Of a stretch of DNA of 63,523 nt, positions 1 through 12,680 are shown in pieces (positions within the stretch are counted from its first letter, which is position 1; the number at the start of each line of letters is the position of its first letter). The DNA is taken from NCBI RefSeq assembly GCF_001194135.2, contig NC_068981.1, positions 93,055,591 through 93,119,113 on the forward strand. Reading direction: 5' to 3'. The notes beneath the pieces are model-generated. The model was given only the letters and a program-made list of their open reading frames with translations. It ran no database searches and had not been told where the DNA came from. The position numbers and the translations under genes were made by a program. This stretch comes from Octopus bimaculoides (Eukaryota).

Positions 1-26
1 TGTGTGTGTGTGTGTGTGTGTGTGTG
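1..26. repeat. (TG)n microsatellite
   Basis: Direct reading of the sequence. Confidence 0.95.
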
Positions 27-180
27 TACGTGTGAGTGTACGTATATAATTAGGTAAATAGGTAGAGACAGTCACCCGAAAATTAGATAGAAAGGTAGAC
101 AAGCAGACAGACGGACAGGCAGACAGGTTGACAAACAGACATGAAGACAGACTGGCAAATAGACCGACAAACAGACAGAC

Positions 181-240
<60 letters not shown>
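181..240. repeat. (AGAT)n microsatellite
   Basis: Perfect tetranucleotide array preceded by degenerate (AGAC)n. Confidence 0.95.
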
Positions 241-242
<2 letters not shown>

Positions 243-734
243 ATAGTTCAAACAGTACTATTGATTTTACTGTTCGTATCCTTAATTTCGGAAAATTTAT
301 GACTAGCTAGATAAATGTTGATTCTATTGAATATATACTTGTCTTCATACTTGTTTTTTATGTGGCAATTAAATATGATAATGTTACTGCTTCTGCAGAA
401 AATAGGCTACACATTTACAGATGGACACCAAGAGCATGTGTGTTTAATTTTTACATCAATAGCCGTGGAGACATATTTAAGTCAGCTACGACTAAAAACT
501 TGTAATTGTTTGAAAGAGATAATAAGTAGGTAACTATATTCTGCTCTGATGTAGTGGGCTATGCATATTATTATTGATTTCTTGCTTAATAGTAAATCCA
601 TATTTTCTTAAGACATATAGTAGAAGAATAAAGAGAATTAGAATATAGTAGATTAATGATTCATTTATACTCGCGCAAATGTGGGTCGGTTGCGGTACGT
701 TTTTGTCTATCTACATAAGGGCCTTAATATAATT

Positions 735-953
735 ATCCTTTCGACTATAGGCATAAGACCTGAAATTTTGCGGGGGTGGGGGGCACCACTCGATTATATC
801 GAACGCAGTGTGTAGCTGGTACTTAATTTATCGATCCTGAAAAGACGAAAAGCAAAGGTGACCCCGGCGGCGTTTGAACTCAAAACGTGGAGACAGAAGA
901 AATACAGCTAAGCATTTCACTCGGTGTGCTAACGATTCTTTTATCTCACCGCC
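735..953 (-). mobile_element. tRNA-related SINE, family A (Deu/Nin-like central domain), decayed
   Basis: Reverse complement matches the copy at 20661-20879 (ggcggtgag head, gagttcaaa B-box-like motif, gataaattaagtaccag core). Confidence 0.8.
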
Positions 954-1931
954 TTACCTAATTTAATTTAATTATAACATATCATAATTATTATATGATA
1001 TAATTAAAAACATTCCTCTCATGGTTATTAATATTCTCAGACGGGCAATATCTAGCGCTTTCGACCCTAAAAGGTACGATTTGATTTATTAAGAATTGAA
1101 CAGTTATATTTATTATGTCGAGCTGGCACACAAATTACAAGGAACTTATCATTATTCGATGTTTCATAGACCATAGGTTTTGCTTTCATCAGAAGAGACA
1201 TCGTCATTTGGACAGGGATTTTTTTGGTTGAGATATCCATTAGCACTTCTAATACATTTGCAGTATAATGTAACTGCGTCTATATGAATTGAACACATAC
1301 CACTTGTTTCTTAGACTATGAGTTTGAACTCTTTTCACACTTCATTCCCCTTCCTAGATATTATAACAACAAACAATTTCCTTAACAAGTTGACGAAACC
1401 GGAAATAGTGCAAACATGCCAAAGTAATTAAATTTTCCATTATATCTTGAGGGAAAATATCATGTTCACTGGTAATAATTTATTTATAGAGCAAATAAGG
1501 GAGATTCTATCATATATTCTGCGTCATTACATTTTGCAAACTATTTCTTCCATACTCGCAGCATAGTAAAAACAAGGAAGCAAAAATTTGAAAAATCTAA
1601 ACACCTGCGTCAATACTTCGTTTCAAAATGTATATTCGCATTTTTTGCTGATCATTCATTTCTATATTTTTGCAAAAAAAAAAAAAAAAAAAAAAAAAAN
1701 NNNNNNNNNNNNNNNNNNNNNNNNNNNNNNNNNNNNNNNNNNNNNNNNNNNNNNNNNNNNNNNNNNNNNNNNNNNNNNNNNNNNNNNNNNNNNNNNNNNN
1801 NNNNNNNNNNNNNNNNNNNNNNNNNNNNNNNNNNNNNNNNNNNNNNNNNNNNNNNNNNNNNNNNNNNNNNNNNNNNNNNNNNNNNNNNNNNNNNNNNNNN
1901 NNNNNNNNNNNNNNNNNNNNNNNNNNNNNNN

Positions 1932-1970
<39 letters not shown>

Positions 1971-2646
1971 CAGGGCTGTCACAGATGTGTGCAGAGCGAC
2001 AAACAGCAATGCATGTAATCAGTCCGTCACCCTGCAGGGTAGACGTGCGGCGTAATACCGTAAGCTATTGTCGCATGCACAAGAAGCCGACGACTGACCG
2101 ATCCCACAGTAACCACTCCACCACCTGCATTTGTAAGATTAAACGGGCAGTATTACATTATGTGATGGCTATGACGAAAGAGGCACTGTGTGGCAGATGA
2201 GGCTGAAAGGATTGAGAAAAGAAACCTTTCTCTTTTTTAAAGCTTTCATTAACTTTTCCAATACATTGTTGGTAAAGAAAATGAGAATTTAGTAGGAAGT
2301 GCTAACCACCATGGATTTGTCCAGAAAGAATGTATAAAGTATCGTCAGGGCAAATGTGAGTATCCTCGGTATGTAGTTTAGGAAACAGCAACTGGGCGGG
2401 AACATATATCTCTGGTGACCAGGATAATCTTGGTTCAGAGAAGTTTCTTGACTGGCCTTAGTTAGAGACAGTAATTTATCAGGAATTCTGCGTTATTAAT
2501 GTGTTTATATACTTAGTTGAATATTCATATATTTTGTTCCATCTTTCCACCCACCCCCAACCTTCCTTCTTGCATATTCATTTAAACTCACCCACAAATT
2601 TTGAACTGACCAAGTAATATGGAAGCCTCTCAGACAAAACAATTAA

Positions 2647-2647
<1 letters not shown>

Positions 2648-2686
<39 letters not shown>
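2648..2686. repeat. (ATT)n array at the 3' end of the R4/Dong relic
   Basis: Direct reading. Confidence 0.9.
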
Positions 2687-5498
2687 GAGTAGTTTTATTT
2701 TTATAGCGTCCTTTCACTTCACTACCGAGCGAAGCTCTGTGTGCCTTGGGTATGTGCTGTGGTTTGCTGTGATGCTCTTATGGTTACTATATTGAAAGTG
2801 TTTTGCGTAGGATGTGTGCAGTGCCCAGTAGTGCAATTTTCTGTATGTTATATATATTTGTAAGTCCTGGTGTTTTTGTTATGTATTTGTCTGAATATTT
2901 TTTATCATACCTAAGGCGCCNNNNNNNNNNNNNNNNNNNNNNNNNNNNNNNNNNNNNNNNNNNNNNNNNNNNNNNNNNNNNNNNNNNNNNNNNNNNNNNN
3001 NNNNNNNNNNNNNNNNNNNNNNNNNNNNNNNNNNNNNNNNNNNNNNNNNNNNNNNNNNNNNNNNNNNNNNNNNNNNNNNNNNNNNNNNNNNNNNNNNNNN
3101 NNNNNNNNNNNNNNNNNNNNNNNNNNNNNNNNNNNNNNNNNNNNNNNNNNNNNNNNNNNNNNNNNNNNNNNNNNNNNNNNNNNNNNNNNNNNNNNNNNNN
3201 NNNNNNNNNNNNNNNNNNNNNNNNNNNNNNNNNNNNNNNNNNNNNNNNNNNNNNNNNNNNNNNNNNNNNNNNNNNNNNNNNNNNNNNNNNNNNNNNNNNN
3301 NNNNNNNNNNNNNNNNNNNNNNNNNNNNNNNNNNNNNNNNNNNNNNNNNNNNNNNNNNNNNNNNNNNNNNNNNNNNNNNNNNNNNNNNNNNNNNNNNNNN
3401 NNNNNNNNNNNNNNNNNNNNNNNNNNNNNNNNNNNNNNNNNNNNNNNNNNNNNNNNNNNNNNNNNNNNNNNNNNNNNNNNNNNNNNNNNNNNNNNNNNNN
3501 NNNNNNNNNNNNNNNNNNNNNNNNNNNNNNNNNNNNNNNNNNNNNNNNNNNNNNNNNNNNNNNNNNNNNNNNNNNNNNNNNNNNNNNNNNNNNNNNNNNN
3601 NNNNNNNNNNNNNNNNNNNNNNNNNNNNNNNNNNNNNNNNNNNNNNNNNNNNNNNNNNNNNNNNNNNNNNNNNNNNNNNNNNNNNNNNNNNNNNNNNNNN
3701 NNNNNNNNNNNNNNNNNNNNNNNNNNNNNNNNNNNNNNNNNNNNNNNNNNNNNNNNNNNNNNNNNNNNNNNNNNNNNNNNNNNNNNNNNNNNNNNNNNNN
3801 NNNNNNNNNNNNNNNNNNNNNNNNNNNNNNNNNNNNNNNNNNNNNNNNNNNNNNNNNNNNNNNNNNNNNNNNNNNNNGTTATTTTATAATAGTTTTCCAG
3901 CTGTATAAGACCCCTACCACCTTCTTTACGTTGTATATATAGCCTTTCTATGTCAGATTTTGGGTTGTGCATCCTAGATCCTGTCATTTTTTTTTTGTTT
4001 TCCTGTCTATTTTAGATAGTTCGTTTAGTGTCCAGGTAAGGATATTGTAGCTATAACTTATAACTGGGACGGCTAAAGTGTTAATACCTATTATCTTGTT
4101 TTTAGCATTGAGCTCTGTTTTTAGTATTGATCTAACTAGTCTATAGTATTCTTTCTTTATTTTTCTTTCATTGTGTGTGTTGTATCCTATCTAGTACATT
4201 GATTCCTAAATATTTGTATGACTGGCTTTCGTCTAATTCTCTTATTTCATTGGTTTTATCGAGAGTGATGTTGCTACTCTTAACTAGTTTTCCTCTTTTC
4301 AGGGTTGCTTTGGCAGATTTTTCTAATCCAAATTTCATATCTATTTCTTTGGTAAATCCATGTACTGTCTGTAGTAGTGTTTCCAGCTGTTTATCATTTG
4401 TAGCGTATGGTTTTAGGTCATCCATATATAAAAGGTGGCTGATTGTTTTGCCGTAACATTTGTATCCGCATCCAGTTCTTTTTAGCAAGTTAGTTAAAGG
4501 TGTGAGTACCAAGCAGAACAGGAGTGAAGAGAGCGTGTCTCCCTGGAATATTCCTCTTCTAATCGAGTTGGATTTCGTTTTCCCGAGTCCCTCTTTTATT
4601 TGGAACTGTAGCACTGTGTGCCATTTATTCATAGAGTGTCTTATGTATTTTATAATTATTGGTGCTACCTTGTTTATGGCTAGTGTTTCGAGGATCCACT
4701 TGTGTGGAACACTATCAAAGGCCTTTTGGTAGTCGATCCAGGCCAAACTGAGGCCTTTCTTCTTTCTGCGGCTATCTTCAGTTATGGCTTTATTGATCAT
4801 TAATTGATCTTTACAGCCGTATGAGCCTTTGCAGCATCCCTTCTGCTCTTCTGGAAACAGGTTTTTATCTTCCAGGTGCTTACTCAATCTCTGCGATATT
4901 ATTGCAGTAAAGACTTTGTAGATTGTAGGGAAACAGGTTATAGGTCTGTAGTTATGCGGTTTTCCATTTCCGTGGATTTGGGAATTAAGATGGTTTTCCC
5001 TTTCGTGAGCCATTCAGGCATTGTCTCTGGCTCTGCTAGTATGTTGTTAAAGTTTTCAGCCAGCTTTTTGTGCATTCCTATCAAATATTCCTGTCAGGTA
5101 TTTTAACCAGAAGTTGAGGATCTTGTCGTGCCCAGGTGCCTTCCAGTTGCTTAGTCTTTGCAGTGCCTGGGTGTCCTCTTCAGTTGTTATAGGGGTCCAG
5201 AATTGCTCCGGTGTTAATTTCGTTGTTTTAATAGTCCTTTTCTGAGGTTGTTGCTTCACCGCCCATATTTCTTTCCAAAATTCTTCCAATTCTTCTGCTG
5301 TTGGTGCTGCAGTAATGTCTATTTTATTTTCACCAAGTTCTTGGTAGAATTTTTTGGGGTTGGAATTGAACTGTTTGTTTTGTTCAAAGAAACGTTGGCG
5401 TTTCTCATACCGGCGGATCCTTTGTGCTTTGGCAAGGATATTTTGCTTTAGCTTTTCTTTTGCCTCAGGTAAATCTTTTTTTCTCCTGTAATGTTGTA

Positions 5499-5501
<3 letters not shown>
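2687..5501 (-). mobile_element. R4/Dong-clade non-LTR retrotransposon relic (RT plus RLE-type 3' end), 5'-truncated, interrupted by an N-gap
   Basis: ORF 4168-5013 has RT motifs NYRPITC, EEQKGC, WIDYQKAFDSVPH, RGIFQGD and HLLYMDDLK. SDIERLYIQRKEGGRGL lies near 3900-3987. An upstream fragment lies at 5056-5500. Both ends abut (ATT)n arrays. Confidence 0.9.

Positions 5502-5553
<52 letters not shown>
5502..5553. repeat. (ATT)n array at the 5' junction of the R4/Dong relic
   Basis: Direct reading. A further (ATT)n array lies at 5729-5763. Confidence 0.9.
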
Positions 5554-5554
5554 C

Positions 5555-5727
5555 ATTTTATTTTTGACTTATCCTCTGTATTTGTACAAATCTCACCTAG
5601 AGATCTCAAGAGACAAGTTAAAAATTCAAGTTGGTGCTATGACTAGGGTGCCATATATTTGGATTTGCACCTACAGTATGACTAAGAAAACAAGAAAATT
5701 ATAAGTTTGTTTTAAGATTTGGGATTA

Positions 5728-5728
<1 letters not shown>
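5555..5728 (-). mobile_element. Probable 3'-UTR fragment of a related R4/Dong-type LINE between two (ATT)n arrays
   Basis: Non-coding 170-bp block. On the minus strand it ends aaaataaaatgataataata, like the tail at 2687. Family assignment is inference. Confidence 0.4.
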
Positions 5729-5764
<36 letters not shown>

Positions 5765-6848
5765 TTCTTTTAATACGCATGTTTGTTACAATCACTTGCC
5801 GAGACACACCCACCGTCCTAGGGTGAGTGAAGGATAAGAGATGTTACATTATGACTGAAAACTTGGGGATGAGATATGGCAGAGGCTGTACCGAAATATC
5901 TTCATGTAATACGATAAGGATAGATAGATATGTTTATAAATATATACACAAATAAAGGATAGATATGTATATAAATATATGCACAAATAAAGGTTGCACA
6001 CTTCATTCATGGATAGCAATATCCTATGAAAGCACTGGTTAGTTACCTATACCAAGAATATTCAATATTACAGTTAATACTCAACAGCAAGGTAACCATA
6101 TAAACCGTGGTTTATATATATTCATTTATTATAAGATGAGAAAATAGAGAAATAATTAATAAATTATTATTTATTAATTAAAGATAAATGACAATCATCC
6201 CTTACAGCTGTTTCAAATCCAAACCTTCTGAAAATTAATTAATAGAATTAGAAATTAATTGAAAGTCGAATCTCTTCAGAAGTAGTTTAAGATATACAAA
6301 ATAGGTGTTGAATTTCTGCATGTCGAGTAAACGGCTGCAAACCGATAACTTTTACAATCATACGTTACACAATCATCAGGTTTATATAGTGCCAGTCGTA
6401 TCCCACAGTTGACATACATATATATATTTAATATATATATATATATATATATATANNNNNNNNNNGAAAGAAAACATGAGATTGTTTACTTTTTCTTTTT
6501 TATTAAAAAGTCCTAAAGAAGGCGAAGGAGAGATTAAAACAAAATGGAATGAATTATCTTTTAGACTTGATTGAGTTGTAGTCATAAAAAGGGGGATAAC
6601 ATAATGGGATGGAAGAGCGTTCTGACGTTCTGGCTATACGAGAAAAATTGCTACGACCGCAGAAACAGTCCCTTATTCGTGGAAGCACTACAGCATCTTT
6701 ATGAAAACGCTGAGGCTTTTCGAGTAAGACGAGATGTGACAAAGAGATCTGGAAGTAAGAAGGAATGTATATGAGAGCAATTCCTGTGGTAATAACGATT
6801 AGACCCCACTGAACAAAAATGAAACTGTCATTAGGTATAATGAATAAT

Positions 6849-6990
<142 letters not shown>

Positions 6991-8637
6991 TATACTTAAT
7001 TGCAGATACACTATTATTCACTGTTACGTTGACAACGTAAGTAACCTCTCTAAACGAGAGAAGTAGTTGATATATATTTGAGATAAAACTAAAATGCTAC
7101 AAGAAAATAAAATGGATAAAGAAATAATTAGCTTAGAATCATTTTGAGATCGATGGTTTCTTTTATGAAGACGTGTGGAAGTATATCTCTAGATATCATG
7201 TTATCTAACTAATTTAATACTGAATATAAATCGGTGTTCCAGCTGTATTTTTCTGGGAAATGTTTTTGTTATTGCGAACCATAATTTAATATATTTTTAC
7301 ATTTCTATCACAGCTATGAAAGTAGTAGCCTATTAGACACTTCTTCGCTTTCAGATTTTTGCATATGATATAAAACAGAGACAAAAAGTAGTGAATAGTC
7401 AAGGGCTATCTGATGAAAAGTCACGACTGCATTTAATTTCAGTTTGTCTAGGATTCAACAAAATGCTAAAGAGCTTCGAGGAGAGATTGATGATCTTCTA
7501 AAGATATTTTGCAGCTGCAAAGTATCACTACAAAACCTGAGTTGGAAAAATAATAGCACTTTATTTTTACGGATTTTGAAAGAAATATATTTTAAATCTG
7601 GTTAATCTATGCCTCGTGTAAATTCTCTAGGTTCTATCAGTTATCGGCTTTGACAGAAGAAGCAGACACACTAATTACTGTGAAAAACAGTATCTTTGTT
7701 ATTCAGTTTCCTGTTGTTTGAATAGGTTTTGTAGGGTATTGATTATAATCTTCCGTCTAGCCTTTTCTACATCAACTGCATTTCGCTTTTCTAATATCGC
7801 TTTGAATGACATGAAATATATGCTTTACGACGTTTACAGATTTTAGAATTCTATCTTGTTGATGCGAGGAAGAGAAAGATACAAGTTAATATTCAACTAC
7901 AAAAGTTTTTTGAAACTCTCATAATTCGTAAAATTCAGAGACATACAGGGAGAGTTTATATATTTCTATTAACTGATCACGTGTTAAGTTTTCTAAATTA
8001 CGGAGTATCTAATAACTAATTGACAGGAATGGTGTTTCTTGTAGACAGAATGCATTTCTTACGCTAGTAATAAATAACATATACACTCAAATATATGATT
8101 CAATTATTTACATTCAAGCGATAAATTTATAGTAATTTTTACTTCGAAGAACGTATGTATGTATGTATGTATGTATGTATATTTAAGATCAACGGGATAA
8201 TATATTTATTGTACGATATAGAAAGCTCTTCCACAGGCAACAGTTACGATATGCTATCATACAGCAGGAATCCTCCTTTTATTGCATATGCATGCAGAAA
8301 TCCGCTAATATGTGTAGAATACATATATAAAAATTATACCACAAGAAGGTGAAACGAACAGGCTTTAATTCAATTCTGTTCAGTTGTTTCTGGGTACTAT
8401 TATCAGCTGGTAATTAATGAATGTTACATATATCATACATATTCCTGAATTAACATGATATAAAGATAGCTCTGTACCTACACCTTTGATTTCTCATTGT
8501 CTTATACCCATTATATTTTAAGCATTCAATCGACAAGTAACAACATACAAATACAAGTAGATACAAACAATTAAGTCTCAAATAAAAATTAATGGAAATA
8601 AAAATACAAACTATAAATAGTCTGATATAAATATACG

Positions 8638-8668
<31 letters not shown>

Positions 8669-9180
8669 GAATATATATATGTACATATATATGCGTGTAT
8701 ACATATGTATATAGGTATATATGTTTATATACATATGTGTGTGTATATATATAATATATATATATATATATGTCTATATATATATATGTCTATATATATA
8801 TGTATATAGATATATACACACACACATATATATGTATGTATGCATGTATGTATGTATGTATGTATGTTTGTATGTATGTATGTCTCAACCTTCCTGCATT
8901 TGTTCCTAACTTTGACTCTCCATAAATCCCAAATTTTATTTTGGTATTTATGGGAGCAACTGTCTTCGAAGCCTCATATTGTCGTTGATTGCTCGAAATT
9001 GGGAGGAGATAGACAGCCGACGACTGATGAAGAGTCAATCTTTGTATTACTTGTACTTATTAGTCTCTCGTTATTTGCGTATTTAACTAATTTCTTTTCG
9101 TTTTACATGTTCCTTACTGTTGGTGACGTCCTGTACCCATATATGCATATATACACACACACATATATATATATATTATT

Positions 9181-9218
<38 letters not shown>

Positions 9219-9433
9219 NNNNNNNNNNNNNNNNNNNNNNNNNNNNNNNNNNNNNNNNNNNNNNNNNNNNNNNNNNNNNNNNNNNNNNNNNNNNNNNNNN
9301 NNNNNNNNNNNNNNNNNNNNNNNNNNNNNNNNNNNNNNTGTGTGTGTGTGTGTGTGTGTGTGTGTTTGTGTGTGTATGTATGTATGTATATATATATTAT
9401 TAGTAGTAGTAGTATTATATATATATAAATAAA

Positions 9434-10303
9434 TATAGAATGCGATGAGTAAATTGTCACCATTTTATGTCTTTAATTTCGCCCATGCGCATTGTTTGTT
9501 TTTGATTTTGTCGACTACACAGTATAGTACGGGCAGTTGGGCACCGTCTTTGAGAAAAAAAACAGCACCATGACGCAAACCACTCAGCCAGAAATTTTGA
9601 AAAAATATTCTTTACTGCTTGGCATTCGCGCCTGACTATACAATACGAATAGATGGTGAACACACAAAATAACCGTTGCCTTGCCGTGTCCCCAAAACAT
9701 GTACCGAGAGTGATAAAAATCAAACATCATGGTGTTTGGAGTGATCCCTAGTGATAGCGACGTTATACCTCCATTTATCTTCCCACACAGATTCAGGCTC
9801 AACACTGAGTCCAACATCAAATGCCTGCAGGTGGTAGTACTGCCCCAGGTTAAGAGGATGGTTGCTGGGAGAACCTGTCTGGCAACAGTACTCTGCATCA
9901 GGCCACAAAACCAGGAGAACCCAGTCATGGCTTTCAGACAATTTCTGCGACCACATCACCCCTAACATCTGGCCACCTAACTCCCCAAACTGCAACTCCC
10001 TTGATTATGATGTCTGAGGAGCAGTTCAGCGAGAGACCAACAAAACTTGTAACAGCAAAGATGAACTGAAGGCAAGGATTATGGCAGCATTCATCAAATT
10101 AACAAGAAGAACACCTAGAAGAGTTGCAGGAGATTCCGAAGTAGTCTGGTTGAAGCCAATGGCGATTTTATTGAATAAATTTACTCTTTAGTATTTCAAG
10201 ATATTTTTATGCAATTTTGGCAAATATATCTGTAAAAATGAAATGTCAGATTTGCTTTCATTTTTGCGTAAATTAGACGACAATATAACCACCGCACCTT
10301 ATA
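9434..10303 (+). mobile_element. Tc1/mariner-superfamily DD37D (maT-like) transposon relic, internally deleted
   Basis: Translates as MVFGVIPSDSDVIPPFIFPH...WQQ(Y)SASGHKTRRTQSWLSDNFCDHITPNIWPPNSPNCNSLDY, with 37 residues between the decayed second D and the third D. Degenerate TIRs: tatagaatgcgatgagtaaattgtc and the reverse complement of gacaatataaccaccgcaccttata. Confidence 0.85.
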
Positions 10304-10834
10304 TATTTATATATATCTATATATGGAACATTCGCATTTATACGAACGCAAGTAGCAACCGAATCTCGTAAACCTGCACATGACCGCCTGATTCATTCAT
10401 CAGTTCTCAGAATCAGCTGTCAAGGGGGAACATAGTTTTCTGAAATGGAAGTGGTTCGATATAATTTTCTTCTATCATATTCCGAGAAATCTCGACATAA
10501 AAGCACTTAAATATTTCTGTACGTGATGGTGTATATGTTCAATTATTGTTGAGAAAATATGGAGGACGACGAAAATCATTTGTTGATAACGCTTATGGAA
10601 ACCGTTACTAGCATCGATTCCAAAAACAGAGATATGAGAAATGTACTTTGAAGACTATGCTCTAATTGATGAATGAGTTGTGAGTGAAAATTCGTAGAGA
10701 GAACTGGGAAAAAAATAAAATGAAAGTCCATTGCATCTGCTTGTGCCCCAGCATGGTCACAGCCTCGAGGATGAAACATATAAAAGAATAAAAGAATACA
10801 TATATGCTTGTAAGTATGTACGTATACGTATTTA

Positions 10835-10885
<51 letters not shown>

Positions 10886-10915
10886 AGACATACACCTAAA
10901 CATATATATACACAT

Positions 10916-10957
<42 letters not shown>

Positions 10958-11304
10958 TGAGAGACAATAAGTGTTACGGAGCATACATACATATGTGTGC
11001 GCGTGTCTGTACACGGACAAATATTATAGGCAGTATACTTCTTATAATACAAAAGCGGAAGATTAAGTCATCTCTGTATATTTCAGGAAGAATGGTCAGT
11101 CATCAGGCGTGAATAGCTTGAAGTAATATAAGTTTATGTAGATCTTGTCATGCTGATTGCCATAAAGAGAGTTCTGAAATATACAATAAGGTTACTTGAC
11201 CAATGATTTGTACTCTAAGAAGATATCGTGTTCAACGTACGTGATAATAATCCAGTACCAATGTATGTATGTATGTATGTATATATATATATACATAGAG
11301 AGAT

Positions 11305-11351
<47 letters not shown>

Positions 11352-11355
11352 TACA

Positions 11356-11394
<39 letters not shown>

Positions 11395-11522
11395 GAGAAT
11401 TTACGAAAAAAAGAACATCAGACGAGGACAGGTGGTGTAAACAACAAAAGGATGTATTAGTTTAACACTCGGGAATAGAGAAAGTCTTTAACGTTTCGAG
11501 CTACGCTCTTCAACAGAAAGAA
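11395..11522 (-). mobile_element. Penelope-like element terminal-repeat (pLTR) fragment, cut by an N-gap
   Basis: Carries the hammerhead-like motif listed next. PLE terminal repeats are known to carry such motifs; the assignment is inference. Confidence 0.55.
11485..11521 (-). ncRNA. Minimal type-I hammerhead-ribozyme-like motif (variant core CUGUUGA)
   Basis: Minus strand reads UCUUU-CUGUUGA-A-GAGC GUA GCUC-GAAA-CGUU-AAAGA. It has a 5-bp stem I, a 4-bp stem II and a palindromic AACGUU stem III. A6 is replaced by U. Confidence 0.55.
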
Positions 11523-11784
11523 NNNNNNNNNNNNNNNNNNNNNNNNNNNNNNNNNNNNNNNNNNNNNNNNNNNNNNNNNNNNNNNNNNNNNNNNNNNNNN
11601 NNNNNNNNNNNNNNNNNNNNNNNNNNNNNNNNNNNNNNNNNNNNNNNNNNNNNNNNNNNNNNNNNNNNNNNNNNNNNNNNNNNNNNNNNNNNNNNNNNNN
11701 NNNNNNNNNNNNNNNNNNNNNNNNNNNNNNNNNNNNNNNNNNNNNNNNNNNNNNNNNNNNNNNNNNNNNNNNNNNNNNNNNNNN

Positions 11785-11817
<33 letters not shown>

Positions 11818-11825
11818 CATACATA

Positions 11826-12680
11826 GGCAGAATAAGTGAGATATTCAGTGAACAATTTAAAAGTATCTTGACTTTTCCCCTTGGTCACATGCTGATAAAG
11901 AATCTGGCTGGATTTGGAGATATTGCAGCTCTAAAAAAGGAAGCGCCAGCCATCGATTGCATCAACATTGAAGAAACTGATATAACGGCGACCATAGATA
12001 AAATGAGCTCATGCTCCTTCACTGGTACTGATGGCTTCCTAGATATTCTCCTAAAGTCACGTAAGCAGGCTTCAGCGAAATCACTTCAGATAGTTTTACA
12101 ATTTTTCGTTGCAAGTGGTATACTTCCGAAAAAGATGAAGGAGAGCATTATTTGCCCTGTCCACAAAGGTGGGAGCAGAGCAGAAACCAAAAATTACATG
12201 CGAATCTCTCTGACTTATCACGAAAGTCATGGAGCGAATCAGAAGAAAGAAGTTGATAATGTTCCCAGAAGAAATTGACCGACTGAACAATACTCAGCAT
12301 GACTTACGTCCAGGAACAAGCAGCTTCACACAGCTCCTACAGCACTACGACTGGGTTTTGAAACAACTGCTTGACCAGTCAGATGTCAGTGTGATAAACC
12401 TTGACTTCACCAAGGCATTTCATAAGGTAGATCATAGCATGATAAATCATAAGGTACGAGACCGCGGCATTGCTGGAAAACTGGGGGAGCGGATGCATGA
12501 CTTCTTTAAAAACAGAAGTCAGGTAGTTGCAGCCAATGGCGTCCTTTCTGAGGAAACTTAAATCCAATGTGATGTCCCCGAGTGAACTGTTCTGGGGCCA
12601 TTACTGTTCATAATAACCCTCTTAGACATGCACACTATCACTCGGACAACCACTGTCACTAGCTATGCCTATGATACGAA
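11826..12680 (+). mobile_element. CR1/Jockey-group LINE RT relic, copy 1
   Basis: ORFs 11868-12278 and 12229-12561 contain HKGGSRAETKNY, TQLLQHYDWVLKQL and NLDFTKAFHKVDH, followed by decayed VPQG and YADD equivalents. Homologous to 19590-21170. Confidence 0.85.

Noticed and set aside
6560-6800. GC-richer patch with 62-67 aa ORFs
   Set aside because: There is only a weak resemblance to an RLE-LINE C-terminus (IWK...RAIPVVI), not enough to call.
11072-11197. 12-bp inverted repeat tgtatatttcag...ctgaaatataca giving acceptor-like sites on both strands
   Set aside because: Short and AT-rich, with stops soon after in the plausible frames. Compatible with chance or an old MITE.
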